From positions 2,170,001 through 2,234,000 of the forward strand of contig JBHGNT010000014.1 in NCBI GenBank assembly GCA_043228905.1: a stretch of DNA of 64,000 nt, in the 5' to 3' direction. Below the pieces are notes generated by a model, which made no database searches, had not been told where the DNA came from, and saw only the letters and a list, made by a program, of their open reading frames with translations. Within the stretch, counting starts at the first letter, position 1. Every line of letters begins with the position of its first letter. The DNA is from Azolla caroliniana. Lineage: Eukaryota > Plantae > Polypodiophyta. Positions 35,910 through 48,710 of the stretch are shown here, piece after piece. A program made the position numbers and the translations under genes.

Positions 35910-38900
35910 ACGTCGACTCCAAGAAGAAGGGCGACGGTCAGCTTGAAAATGACAATGCATTTATGTATGGCCGTATTCTACGATTTGACTACGAAGATTC
36001 AGATTTAGCCAACATTCTTGTAATGATAGAGTGCTCGAAGGGGGTACGTAAAGTGTACCTTTATGAAGATCGACTAGTAAAGGAATCTTATGGGCCAGAA
36101 TCTTTTAAAAAAGATCTACAAAGCTCACAAAACCTTATTGTCACGTTGAGGCCTTATATACAAGGTCATGTAACTCTAAGGGAGCCCTTTCCCTCTCTAG
36201 TGAAGGCCCCAAAAAGGGCATCTAAAGTGCAATCAAGACCAGCAAAAAAGAAGACCACTAAAATGTCAAACTTCGACTCATCAAACTCAAATGAAGATGA
36301 GGACACTAGGGGGACGCCAGGAGCTGAGCTGGCATTGGCTGTATTGTCATCCGAGCAGAATAAGATATGGAGAGAATTAATGCAATGTAAACTGGTGAGA
36401 AAAGGGCAAGTGTTTAATTTGCCTATAACACACATCCATTGGCCCCCTGTAAATGAAAAAACAGGACGAAGACCACTTGAGATCAGAGAGCCACGCCGAA
36501 TGCATGTTCAAAATCTCAAGAAAAAAACGAAAATTAATCCACATGCTACCGTTGTGCCTTTCATTATGATGGTAGATCCCGAAGAATGTGAAACCACTGA
36601 AGAATTCAACATAAGAAAGCATGATCAATACAATTACTTTGTAATTGGTGGATCGCATTCGGCGGAGGCACGTCGGCAACTTGTGAGAGAACATCCAACG
36701 ACTTTCTTCTTCAAGTATGCCGAGTGCAAAATTTACGTGGCCCTCACAACTAAAGAGGCAAAGTTGTTGGCATGGGACCACAATAACGATAATGACTATA
36801 GGCAGAAAATGTCATCGATTGAGCGTATAAGGTTCTTCCACCACGAGTACTTGGACATCAAACAAAAGTTCAGTGTGAAGTTACATCTAGGCCTATGACG
36901 TCAATGCTTGCATGAAGTTGGCATTGTGGTAGATGATAATGTTAAGTCCGATGGTCTTCAGAAATATGAGTCATTGTTTCAACTTGCCTTTAGAGATGGA
37001 GAAGTATGGGACCTACAAGATCAAATCTTCTCAATGTGGGAGAATAAGGAGGTCAAGGGTCAATGACAAAAGAAATGTAATGTAGACCCTCAACTAGAAT
37101 TAAAGTCACAAGTGGCCAAGAAAATTGATTTGACAATTGAAGAAGCGGTTGATGACATGAAGTTGTCTCTATGGAGTGTGATGCAAAGTAGTAAGGATGA
37201 GCATCTTCTTGTGTCTGTTTTGTCAAGGGTTGTGGCGAAAGATTTAAGCCTTGAGGAAATGGTCACTGAGTTCAATAAGTAAGTCTTTCAAATAGTGATA
37301 TTGAATTCAATATGGTGCAATTGAAAGTTCTAATCTCGTTTTCTAATTTCACAGTCATAAGGTGTACATGAAGATCCAAGAAGTTATGATGAAACAACTT
37401 GGATGTATAACTTGGGAACAAGTGACCGAGGATTATCCTCTAACGTCTTCATATAAGGCGTTATCCGAGTATTTTATTGCATTCAAGGATTGGGTTAGTA
37501 TTGGTGTTTTTTCATTGAGCTTTCCTTATATGTAGAGGTTGTGTAATAATACTTGATGTCTTACTGCTTCTATTAGAAACCGTGTCGTGGCAAGAAACAA
37601 GGAGAAGTTAAGGATATACACGATTTCCCGACATCCTTCCTAGCACATCTCGAGAGAGCCAAAAAAGAAAAGGATCGTCGCTTAGTAAAGGCGTACGAAA
37701 TTGAGGAAGATGGCTCCTTCAAAAAATTTAGCCACAAAAAGGATATTACGAGAGATCTTTACTACAACGTGGTTTGTGGCGATGTCGTTGACATGATCCA
37801 AAAAGTGCCAAAGAAGGAATATACGCTAATGATTGTTGATATTCCATATGGATTTCGAATGGCAGGGTCATCATATGATGATGAACTGTTTAGGTTTAAA
37901 CAATTAGAGAAGATGGTCAAGGATTTTGGTGAGCTAACGACTGCATCCTTGTGGAGGATATTGTCTTTCATAGTATGGACCAAGGGTACTCGGTAGCTCA
38001 AGCTTTGAGATCTCGTTGCCATGACATCGAGAACCTTGCATGGTAAGGATTATTTATATGTCTCATTCACTATATTGCCTTTCTTAAGATTGTTCAATCT
38101 ATTCTTAACTCGATGTAATATTTGTTATAGGATAAAAACCAATGTCAATAGAGGGCCAACCTTTCAGTTCGTAAATGCCATTGAATACATTACGGTTGGT
38201 TACTTCGATAAAATAAAGAAACAAAGAATCAAGGAGCATTCTAATGAAGTTGGAGGTTCAAATCTACTGGTATATCCAACAATGACACAGAAATTGCGAC
38301 ATGTCACCACGACAAAATGGGGACTTGTCAACCCATACCGAAAAACTCAACGACTTATGATGCGCTTGATCAAGATGTTTTCTGTAGAAGGAGATTGGAT
38401 ATTAGACCTCTTTTCTGGCACAAGTATTCCTCGAACTAGGTTAATGATCTTGAGATAACCAATACTGAATCTTTTTTGTTTGAAAACTAATTCTTCTTGT
38501 TACTTTCTTCACAGGGACAACGTCTGCATGTGCATTGAAGCTCTTTAGAAACATAGTTGCATTGGAGAATGACAAGGAGAAAGTTATAACTATAAACATG
38601 AGGATTACGGCTTTGTGGGAGTGCCTAGACCAGGACGAGGAGGTCGGTGCAAAGAATCTCGTTGATACCGAAAGGTTTCAACCTGCTTTGCCAGAGCCTA
38701 TTCCTCCATTAGCCGGGGAATCGGGGAACCCGGGGAGCTAATAGAGCTTGACGATGAGCTTGTAGAAGATATTTTGTTGGCTTGGCTAACAGGGGAAGAC
38801 AATGCAAGTATAGCCGAAGAGACTTCTATACATGATGAAGAATAAAATGACATTGACGATTTGCTTGCTATATAATAGACTCTTTTGTTCACGAAATGTA

Positions 38901-40029
38901 TTGTTTGGAATTCACATTACTAATACAAATTTGGGGTTTTACTTGGTGTATTCTATTCTTTATAATCTTCTATATGTTTCAATTTTATTTCTATATACTT
39001 GGTTAGTAGACTTATGACATTGGTTTCGCCGCGTGCATTGCTGACTACCAGTATGGAGAAACATGAATTAGTTTAAATTAAGGTTGACTTTGGTCAAACT
39101 TTACCTTAACATAACATGCTCGTAGAATTGTTGCCATGACTGTCCATGTTGTTATTTGCGATCAATTGTTGAGATTGTCATTCCGTGTCTAATATATACC
39201 AGTCCATATATTATGGATCTTTGTCTTCTATTGTTAAAACTATTATGTTTTTCTTCCATTGTTGCTTTGATTGTGTAGTGTGTTGATAATGGTTCCACTA
39301 GGGTTATTCGCATGTTTTTATACGCTTGTAGTTCCACTAGTGTTATCGTTCGGAGTTTGATCCAATGTGAATCACCTAAGGAATAGATTAGATCAATTTT
39401 AGATACAAGTATGAAAGCCTTAATAGGTTTGTTATTTCCACCACATTATCCTAAAGTTCATTGTCTTACATTGTCCACAATTATATACATATGGTTTGAT
39501 CCCATACGAACAAACTAAGGAATAGATTAGATCAACTTTAAATACAAGTATTAAATACCTTAATAAGTTAGTTATTCCAATCACATTATCCTAAAGTTCA
39601 CTATCCTACATTGTCCACAATTATATACATGTGAGTATGGGTCAAAGTATAAATTATAACTCATTTTATTAGTATGGTTACAAGTACACCTCATATTTTT
39701 GTAAACCTTACCAAATTAATAAAGGTCTTTAACTTAGTGTTTCCCATGTGGCACATTAGTGACATATTGAGCCATTGTTGAACTTTATTATGCCTACATT
39801 AACTTATCAACACCTCCAAACTTGAATGATTTCTAATGATCTTCACTCGTAGACCTATCATGTATTTTTATATTTGCAAATTCTAATCAAGTTGTGGAAC
39901 ATGTGATACTAGTGCATCCAATTTTTGTAGAGAGGGTATATTTGTATATTTTCAAGAAGATTCTACAAGTGGAATGCGCGATCCTTCCACTTGTGAACGC
40001 GAACGTGTTAAGATATTCTTATGACAAAA

Positions 40030-41690
40030 TAATACTCGAGTGAATATTTATGAGTAGATTCCACCAACCACATTTAATGAGGTAGACCCTTGAGGACTTG
40101 TATATAAAAACCCCTTGGCCCATTGTGTTCAATTGATAATCTTTAGTTGGTTAATGTAGTTTCTCTTGAACACATATTAAGTTATCCCACTATTGTATAT
40201 TTTATTGTTTCTGGTTATTTTCTCAGATTCCTTGTCTTGCTCACACCCCAACCCCCACACATGCACTACGCTTCCGCATACCCCAACTCTATGAGAGTTA
40301 GATTACATGGTATCAAAATGTGAGGGTTGGAGATCCTTCACCAAGATCTAACATTGAAATTGTGTGAGAAGTTAGAGACGTTGTTTCAAACCGCCTATCG
40401 TCATTGTAGTGGTGTTGCACAACAAAAAGATTCATGTTAAGAGGAACATACAAATCAAGCAAAATTAGAAAGATGAATGCAAGAATGGGTAGCACACTTC
40501 CAATAGAGAAGTTGGACGGACACAACTACACATCTTAGGAGTACAAGATGCACCAGTCCCTATCGGGCCGGGGTACTAGAGTTATATTGAGGGTGCTTAA
40601 GAAACAACCCTCGATCTTATGAACCCCAACTACCCCACGTGGTAGTAAGGCATCAATCGGGTATTGTACTACATGGCAACATATGTGCAAGATCACATGT
40701 TAAGCTATATTCGAGATTCGAAGGCCTCGAAGGACGTGTGGTAAAATTGGAAGAGGATTTTCGTGGCTTCAACCACGACCTGAAAACTACAACTCTGGTA
40801 GTACGTGATATATCCGTGACGGACTATACCCTCCCGATCAAAAAGTTGTATGACTCACTCGGCTCCATCAATGTCACGGTCGATGATGACACGATGGTGC
40901 ATATCTATCTTGGCAGCCTCACATGAAAGCATAGATTGACATATTCGCATTTGTGGGGTTTCCCATTCGAATGCAAATGAATACACATACAAATGCATGG
41001 TCAAGTATTCGTTTAACCCCCCCCCAAAAAGAAGAAGAGTCCAAGAAATCCCTCCTTTTTTAGTTTACTAGGATAAGAAAAAAGGACTTGACAATAAAAA
41101 GTGACATTAAAAGAGGGGACTTGACACTAATAAATTTTTATAATAAATATAAAAGTCTTCGTTTTATTTTTAATAAATAAATAAAATAAAATAAAGCTTC
41201 CTTAATTCCTCACTTTTTATTCTCTCAAAAATTATGGATATTTTTATTTTGACATAAAAAATTGGACTTTAAACTAATCATATTTCTATAATAAATATAC
41301 AAATATTCGTTATTTTAAAAAATAATTAATTAAAATAAAGGTTCATAAACTTCCCCATTTTTTATTTGATACTATAAAGGAGAGTTAATACTAATCATAT
41401 ATTTATAATCTATTAATGAATGATTGTTCTCTTTATAGTGAATTAAATTTATTTAAATAAAAAATGAATGAATTAATATTTTATATATTTATTTTGTAAA
41501 ACGAATGGTTTTATAATATTCTTGGGGCCATTTCGTATTCTCGAATATTGAGAATATTACACATGGAGAATATGACGAATATCACGCATTTGTCAATCTA
41601 TGCATGAAACTATGGTGATTTTTAGACCATCATAACAAAAAGGGAGAACCCCCTAATATTTTTTGACTTGAAATCCATGCTAGGAATTAA
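40030..41690 (+). mobile_element. Decayed copia 5' fragment (LTR end 40307, PBS 40308, gag remnant), split by a MITE
   Basis: ...GATTACA|TGGTATCAAA; MGSTLPIEKLDGHNY, LGSINVTVDD, TKRENP..FFDLKSML, homologous to the gag at 24200-25723. Left boundary approximate. Confidence 0.7.
40930..41602. mobile_element. hAT-family MITE (673 bp, AT-rich)
   Basis: TIRs CATAGATTGACA/TGTCAATCTATG and 8-bp TSD CATGAAAG/CATGAAAC (1 mismatch). The gag peptide resumes after it. Confidence 0.85.
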
Positions 41691-43943
41691 GGAGACCCAT
41701 ACACGATCAAAAAGCGGGACATTTGAATGGGGCCTGGTTAAGAACAAGACAATTGGTGGGTGTGGGAACGTTTTTACCTTCATTGATGATTGTTCACGAT
41801 GTAATGAAGCAATTGTGTCATGATATAAAAACAAATTCAAATATATCAAGTTTCATTAATGAGGTTCAAACTTATAACTCTATACATCGAGTATAAGGTA
41901 TAAACCATTAAGATAAACTACTCTACATGATTGTATTCTAATCATTATACTTACGTCTTATGTTTATTTATCACACATAGGATCTCATATAAGCAGGATG
42001 GCTATTATGCATCACATGTAACACATGTGCGTCAAATGGCGATCATACATCATGTCATGCATTTCATGAATGCATGCATGTCATGCACCCTCACATACAT
42101 CACATGTGTTGAGGTATCAAGCTCAAGTAGGTCTAGTTATTTTGTCAATTATGTAACTTAGTAGTTGCATAAATAGAATCTAGTTAGAGTGTTGACCTTA
42201 AAGCCTTAAATAGGATTTTGTACTTAAGTGGGATACATTCTAGATCCTTCAGTTCAAAGTTCATTTAATATAGGATTTACATCCTTGTACCTATATTCTC
42301 CTCACACATGTGCACCCTTGTACATGAGATGTATATATACCTCATTGTGGGTATTTTTATAACTAGATGCTTATTAATATAGAGAAAGGTCATTAAGCTA
42401 TACCCTTGTTAACTATCCCCCATTTTGTTCATAAGTTGAACTTCGTCTTTCTCTCACGTGCACACGCACACACATATCACATAGTCTTCCATTGCTTAAT
42501 CACATACATGATTAACTACCACATAATTAGATATTAATTAACCCTTAGTTAATTACTTAATTATTAACATGGTATCAAAGCGTGTGGTTTAGCATATCCA
42601 CTAAGCCCATCCGATTCATAGTGATAGTGTGTTCATGATGCCGATGACAACTCTAGATATCCGCTATCGTTGTGCCACTACGTAGCACATGTATGTGACT
42701 AAAGGAAGAAAAGCCGAGAAGGAAGACACTACATCAACATGAACACATAAATGGGTAGCTCGCTCCCTAGTGAAAAGCTGGACCGCAGCAAATTTTCATC
42801 TTGGGAGTACAAGATGAACCAATACCTAGTTGGCCAAGGGTATTGGAGGTACATTGACGACGCCCTCGAAAATAAACCTGTCATCGCAAATGCCAATTAC
42901 CCAATGTGGAGCAAGTCGGGTAATGTATTGCTTAGCAATATGTGTTCATGATCACATGCTGAGCCACATTCGTGATGCCAAGAATCCCAAAAAAGCGTGG
43001 GAGAACTTGAGGAAAATCTTCATCGCCAACACAACTGCCCATAAGCTTCCACTCCGGGAAAAGTAGAAAAACATTCGGCAAAAGGACATGTTAGTGTCGG
43101 ACTACACGGTCAAGATCAAGTGCATTTGGGACTCGCTTGGCTCCATCAACATAAACTTCAACGAAGATGAGATGGTTCAAGTATGCCTAGACGGCCTCAC
43201 ACAATGGTTCGACCCAATAAGGATAACAATTTTGGCGAGAGAAAAACCACCTTCATTCTTCAATCTCCAATCTAGGTTATGTTAGGAACTACAAGCTCCA
43301 ATGAACAACGCTCGGCCACAACCGAGTCTAAAATCAAACACAGAAAACAGGTAACGAATGCACGACACAAAGGTGAGAGAAGAGTGCACAGGATGTTTAA
43401 CGTGGAAAACCCTAAGAGGGAAAAACCACGGAAGTCCACCGACTCCAACCTATCACTATATCACAATGATTCCAACAGTGAGTTCACGGAGGCAAAAACC
43501 TCGTGCTCACGATCTTCGCCACAGACGGAGGTTACAACAGAGGCAATGACCTCTTCCTCTCTCTCTCTCTCTCTCTCTCTGTACACTGTTGCGCGCTCTC
43601 TAGTCTTGCACCAACAAGAATGATAACAACCCTATCAAAAGTTTGCCCTAAGTCATATTTATACTAATATGACTTTTCGGCTATTTACAAATATAGCCAC
43701 GATGGACTCTCAGAAACATATTTACGAATATGTCTCTTCATCCGGAGAGCGCTCCTCACCGGGCCTGCATCATCTGGATCTTGCCGGGCACTCGTCATCC
43801 GGTTCTCACCGGGTCTGCACCATCCGACTCTCCGTAGCCGAGTACTCCTCATCCGGTTTCGACTTGTACACCCACTTGTTTCGGAGTTTGCTCATCAGCA
43901 CTGTTCTTCTCCCTTCCCATCCGGAGGGACCTGTTTCCTAACA

Positions 43944-46900
43944 AACTCCCCCTTCACTCCGGCATGGGATGTCTTACTAGTCTGACTCGCTTCCAGCATG
44001 CATCCAGCTTGTCCGGTATCAGTACTTTGGTCAACATATCTGACCCGTTCTCAGCTGTGTAGATCTTCGTTAGCGCGAACTCCTGGTCATCTACTCTTTC
44101 CCGGATCCAGTGATACCTTCGCTGAATATGCTTCGTCCGGGAATGGTAGGCCATATTCTAAGCAAGGTCGATGGCACTTTGACTGTCGCAATAGAGCCGG
44201 TATTCATCTTGCCGGATACCGAGCTCTCCGATGAAGTCCTTCATCCATAATATTTCCTTGCTAACTTCCACAGCCGCCATGTACTCCGCCTCCGTGGTTG
44301 ACAACGCAACCGTCTTCTACAGCCTCCACTGCCACGAAACAGCTCCCCCTGCATATGTCATTACATACCCGGATGTAGACCAGTTGGTATCCACATCAGC
44401 CGACATGTCCGAATCGGTAAAACCGTCAAGTTGAGGTTTTCCTGAGCCGAATCGGAGACACATATTCGAAGTGCCCTTCAAGTACCGGAGTATCCATTTG
44501 ACCGCGTTCCAGTGCTCTTTGTTGGGATTGCTCATGAACCGGCTCACCACTCTGACCGCGTATCATATATCCGGCTGGGTACACACCATTGCGTACATTA
44601 AGCTCCCGACGGCAGAGGCATATGGAATCTTCATCATATCCGCCTTCTCTGCTTTCGTCTTCGGGCTTTGCTTACCGGATAACCTGCAGTTTGCCGGAAG
44701 TGTTGATCCGACCGGTTTCGCATCTGACATGTTGAACCGATGAAGCACCTTTGTCACGTACTTCTCTTGTGACAGCCTCAATTGCTTCACTGACCGGATC
44801 CGGATAATATGCATCCCCAGCATGACGGGAACTACACGCTCCCTGTACGCAACGCTCGGCCACAACCAAGCTTAGAATCATACACAGAAAACGGGAAATA
44901 ATGAACGACACGAAGAAGAGACGAGTACGCAGGATGTTTACGTGGAAAACGCAAACTAAGGGAAAAACCACGGCAGCCCACAGGCTGCAAACTATCACTA
45001 TGTTAGAATGTACAACAGTAAGGTCACGGAGGCAACGACATCGTGCTCGTGATCCTCGCCACATGCGGCGGTTACAACAGAGGCAACGACCTCTTTCTCT
45101 CTCTCTCTCTGTACACAGTTACGCGCTCTCTCTCTCCTTGCACCAACAAGAATGACAACAACTATATCAAAAGGATTGCCCTAAGTCATATTTATACTAA
45201 TATAACTTTTCGGCTATTTACAAATATAGCCACGATGGACTCTTAGAGACATATTTACAAATATGTCTCTACATCTGGAGAGCACTCCTCACCGGGTCTT
45301 CACCATCCGGCTCTCCGTAGCCGGGTACTCCTCATGCGGTTCTCACCGGGTCTGCACCATCCGGTCCTCCGTAGCCGGGTACTCCTCATCCGGTTCTCAC
45401 CGGATCTGTACCATCTGGCTCTCTATAGCCGGGCACTCGTCATCCGGTTCTCACCGGGTTTGCACCATCCGGCTCTCCGTAGCCGGGTACTCCTCATCCG
45501 GTTTCGACTTGTACACCCACTTGTTTCGGAGTTTGCTCATCAGCATTGTTCTTCTCCCTTCCCATCCGGAGGGACCTGTTTCCTAACAAACTCCCCGTTC
45601 ACTTCCGCATGGGATGTCTTACTAGTCCGACTCGCTTCCAACATGCATCCAGCTTGTCGGGCATCAGTACTTTGGTCAGCATATCTGACCCGTTCTCAAC
45701 TGTGTGGATCTTCCTTAGCGTTTACTCCTGGTCATCTACTCTTTCCCGGATCCAGTGATACCTTCCCTGAATATACTTCGTCCGGGAATTGTAGGCCATA
45801 TTCTTAGCAAGGTGGATGGCACTTTGACTGTCGCAATAGAGCCGGTATTCATCTTGCCGAATACCGAGCTCTCCGATGAAGTCCTTCATCCATAATATTT
45901 CCTTGCTAGCTTCCACAGCCGCCATGTACTCCGCCTCTGTGGTTGACAACGCAACCGTCTTATGCAGCCTCCACTGCCACGAAACAGCTCGCCCTGCATA
46001 TGTCATTACATACCCAGATGTAGACCGGTTGGTATCCACATCAGCCGACATGTCCGAATCGGTAAAACCGTCAAGTTGAGGTTTTCCAGAGCCGAATTGG
46101 AGACACATATTCGAAGTGCCCTTGAAGTACCGGAGTATCCATTTGACCGCATTCCAGTGCTCTTTGTTCGGATTGCTCATGAACCGGCTCACCACTCTGA
46201 CCGCGTATCCTATATCCGGTCGGGTATACACCATTGCATACATTAAGCTCCCGACGGCAGAGGCATATGGAATCTTCATCATATCCGCCTTCTTTGCTTT
46301 TATCTACGGGCTTTGCTTACCGGATAACCTGGCGTTTGCCGGAAGTGTTGATCCCACCGGTTTCGCATTTGACATGTTGAACCGATGAAACACCTTTGTC
46401 ACGTACTTCTCTTGTGACAGCATCAATTGCTTCACTGATCGGTTCCGGATAATATGCATCCCCAGCACGACGGGAACTACACGCTCCCTGTACGCAACGC
46501 TCGGCCAAAGACGAGCTTAGAATCATACACAGAAAACGGGAAATAATGAACGACACGAAGAAGAGACGAGTACGCAGGATGTTTACGTGGAAAACCCAAA
46601 CTAAGGGAAAAACCACGGCAGCCCACAGGCTGCAAACTATCACTATGTTAGAATGTACAACAGTAAGGTCACGGAGGCAACGACATCGTGCTCGCGATCC
46701 TCGCCACATGCGGCGGTTACAACAGACCTCTTTCCCTCTTTCTCTCTCTCACTCTCTGTACACAGTTACGCGTTCTCTCTCTCCTTACACCAACAAGAAT
46801 GACAACAACTATATCAAAAGGTTTGCCCTAAGTCATATTTATACTAATATAACTTTTCGGCTATTTACAAATATAGCCATGATGGACTCTCAGAGACATA

Positions 46901-48710
46901 TTTACAAATATGTCTCTTCCTTCGGAGAGCACTCCTCACCGGGTCTTCACCATCTGGCTCTCCGTAGCCGGGTACTCCTCATCCGGTTCTCACCAGGTCT
47001 GCACCATCCGGTCCTCCGTAGCCGGGGACTCCTCATCCGGTTCACACCGGGTCTCTCACCATCCGGCTCTCTGTAGCCGGGTACTCCTAATCCGGTTTCG
47101 ACTTGTACACCCACTTGTTTCGGAGTTTGCTCATCAGCACTGTTCTTCTCCCTTCCCATCCGGAGGGACCTGTTTCCTAACAAACTCCCCCTTCACTCCC
47201 GTATGGGATGTCTTACTAGTCCGACTCGCTTCCAGCATGCATCCAGCTTGTCGGGTATCAGTACTTTGGTCAGCATATCTGACCCGTTCTTAACTGTGTG
47301 GATCTTCATTAGCGCGAACTCTTGGTCATCTACTCTTTCCCGGATCCAGTGATACCTTCGGTGAATATGCTTCGCCGGGAATTGTAGGCCATATTCATAG
47401 CAAGGTGGATGGCACTTTGACTGTCGCAATAGAGCCGGTATTCATCTTGCCGGATACCGAGCTCTCCGATGAAGTCCTTCATCCATAATATTTCCTTGCT
47501 AGCTTCCACAACCGCTATGTACTCCGCCTCCGTGGTTGACAACGCAACCGTCTTTTGTAGCCTCCACTGCCACGAAACAGCTCCCCCTGCATATGTCATT
47601 ACATACCCGGATGTAGACTGGTTGGTATCCACATCAGCCGACATGTCCGAATCGGTAAAACCATCAAGTTGAGGTTTTCCGGAGCCGAATCGGAGACACA
47701 TATTCGAAGTGCCCTTCAAGTACCGGAGTATCCATTTGACCGCTTTCCAGTGCTCTTTGTTGGGATTGCTCATGAATCGGCTCACCACTCTGACCGCGTA
47801 TCCTATATCCGGTCGGGTACACACCATTGCGTACATTAAGCTCCCGACGGCAGAGGCATATGGAATCTTCATCATATCCGCCTTCTTTGCTTTCGTGTAC
47901 GGGCTTTGCTTACCGGATAACCTGCAGTTTGCCGGAACTGTTGATCCAATCGGTTTCACATCTGACATGTTAAACCGATGAAGCACCTTTGTCACGTACT
48001 TCTCTTGTGACAACCTCAATTGCTTCACTGACCGGTTCTGTATAATATGCATCCCCAGCATGACGGGAACTACACGCTCCCTATACGCAACGCTCGGCCA
48101 CAGCCGAGCTTAGAATCATACAGAGAAAAAGGGAAATAATGAACGACACGAAGAAGAGACGAGTACGCAGGATGTTTACATGGAAAACCCAAACTAAGGG
48201 AAAAACCACGGCAGCCCACAGGCTGCAAACTATCACTATGTTAGAATGTACAACAATAAGTTCACGGAGGCAACGACCTCGTGCTCGCGATCCTCGCCAC
48301 ATGCGGCGGTTACAACAGAGGCAACGACCTCTTTCTCTTTCTCTCTCTCTGTACACAGTTACGCGCTCTCTCTCTCCTTGCACCAACAAGAATGACAACA
48401 ACTATATCAAAAGGTTTGCCCTAAGTCATATTTATACTAATGTAACTTTTCGGCTATTTACAAATATAGCCATGATGGACTCTCAGAGACATATTTACAA
48501 ATATGTCTCTTCATCCGGAGAGCACTCCTCACCGGGTCTTCACCATCGGGCTCTCCGTAGCCGGGTACTCCTCATCCGGTTCTCACCAGGTCTGCACCAT
48601 CCGGTCCTCAGTAGCCGGGTACTCCTCAGCCGGTTCTCACCGGGTCTCTCACCGGGTCTCATCAGCACTGTTCTTCTCCCTTCCCATCCGGAGGGACCTG
48701 TCTCCCAACA
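43944..48710 (-). repeat. Three tandem copies of a ~1.6 kb [RT/RH fragment + LTR] unit; LTRs at 44823-45588, 46468-47182 and 48061-48710
   Basis: The same junction GCATCCCCAGCA|(T/C)GACGGGAAC occurs at 44822, 46467 and 48060. The same RH peptide (ALSTTEAEY) occurs three times. Confidence 0.92.

Larger units (their letters stand above)
32454..38875 (+). pseudogene. Six-exon gene for a ParB/Srx-like domain plus beta-class N6A/N4C DNA methyltransferase. Exons 32454-32488, 34452-37278 (LTR insertion 34698-35909), 37355-37493, 37577-38042, 38131-38423, 38515-~38875
   Basis: All five GT-AG introns are phase-compatible. Removing the LTR insert and one TSD restores WCMQY-VDSKKK in frame. ParB/Srx-like: LEIREPRRMHVQNLKKK..PFIMMV..YFVIGGSHSAEARRQL..EAKLLAWDHN. 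MTase: VCGDVVDMIQKVPKKEYTLMIVDIPYG (motif IV), LAWIK..EYI, NPYRKTQRLMMRLIKMFSVEGDWILDLFSGT(R)TTSACALKLFRNIVALEND (motifs X/I/II). Two TGA stops (36896, 37064) and two frameshifts (~37960, ~38735). Confidence 0.85.
28365..40009. mobile_element. ~11.6 kb two-gene DNA transposon (Sola-like) with 36-bp terminal inverted repeats
   Basis: Left TIR AACAAGTTCGTGTTCACAAGTGGAAGGATCACGCAT (28365-28400) versus right ATGCGCGATCCTTCCACTTGTGAACGCGAACGTGTT (39974-40009): 33/36 inverted identity. The TIRs enclose a transposase and a ParB-MTase gene in divergent orientation. The TSD is not resolved. Confidence 0.85.

Noticed and set aside
35891-38741. Bacterial or phage contamination as the source of the ParB-MTase
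   Set aside because: The gene has phase-consistent spliceosomal introns, a TATA box and plant LTR insertions, and is contiguous with plant DNA.
28355-40020. TSD of the Sola-like element (TTAA or AAGATA candidates)
   Set aside because: Left flank GATAAAA and right flank AAGATAT give no clean duplication abutting both TIRs; other copies are needed.
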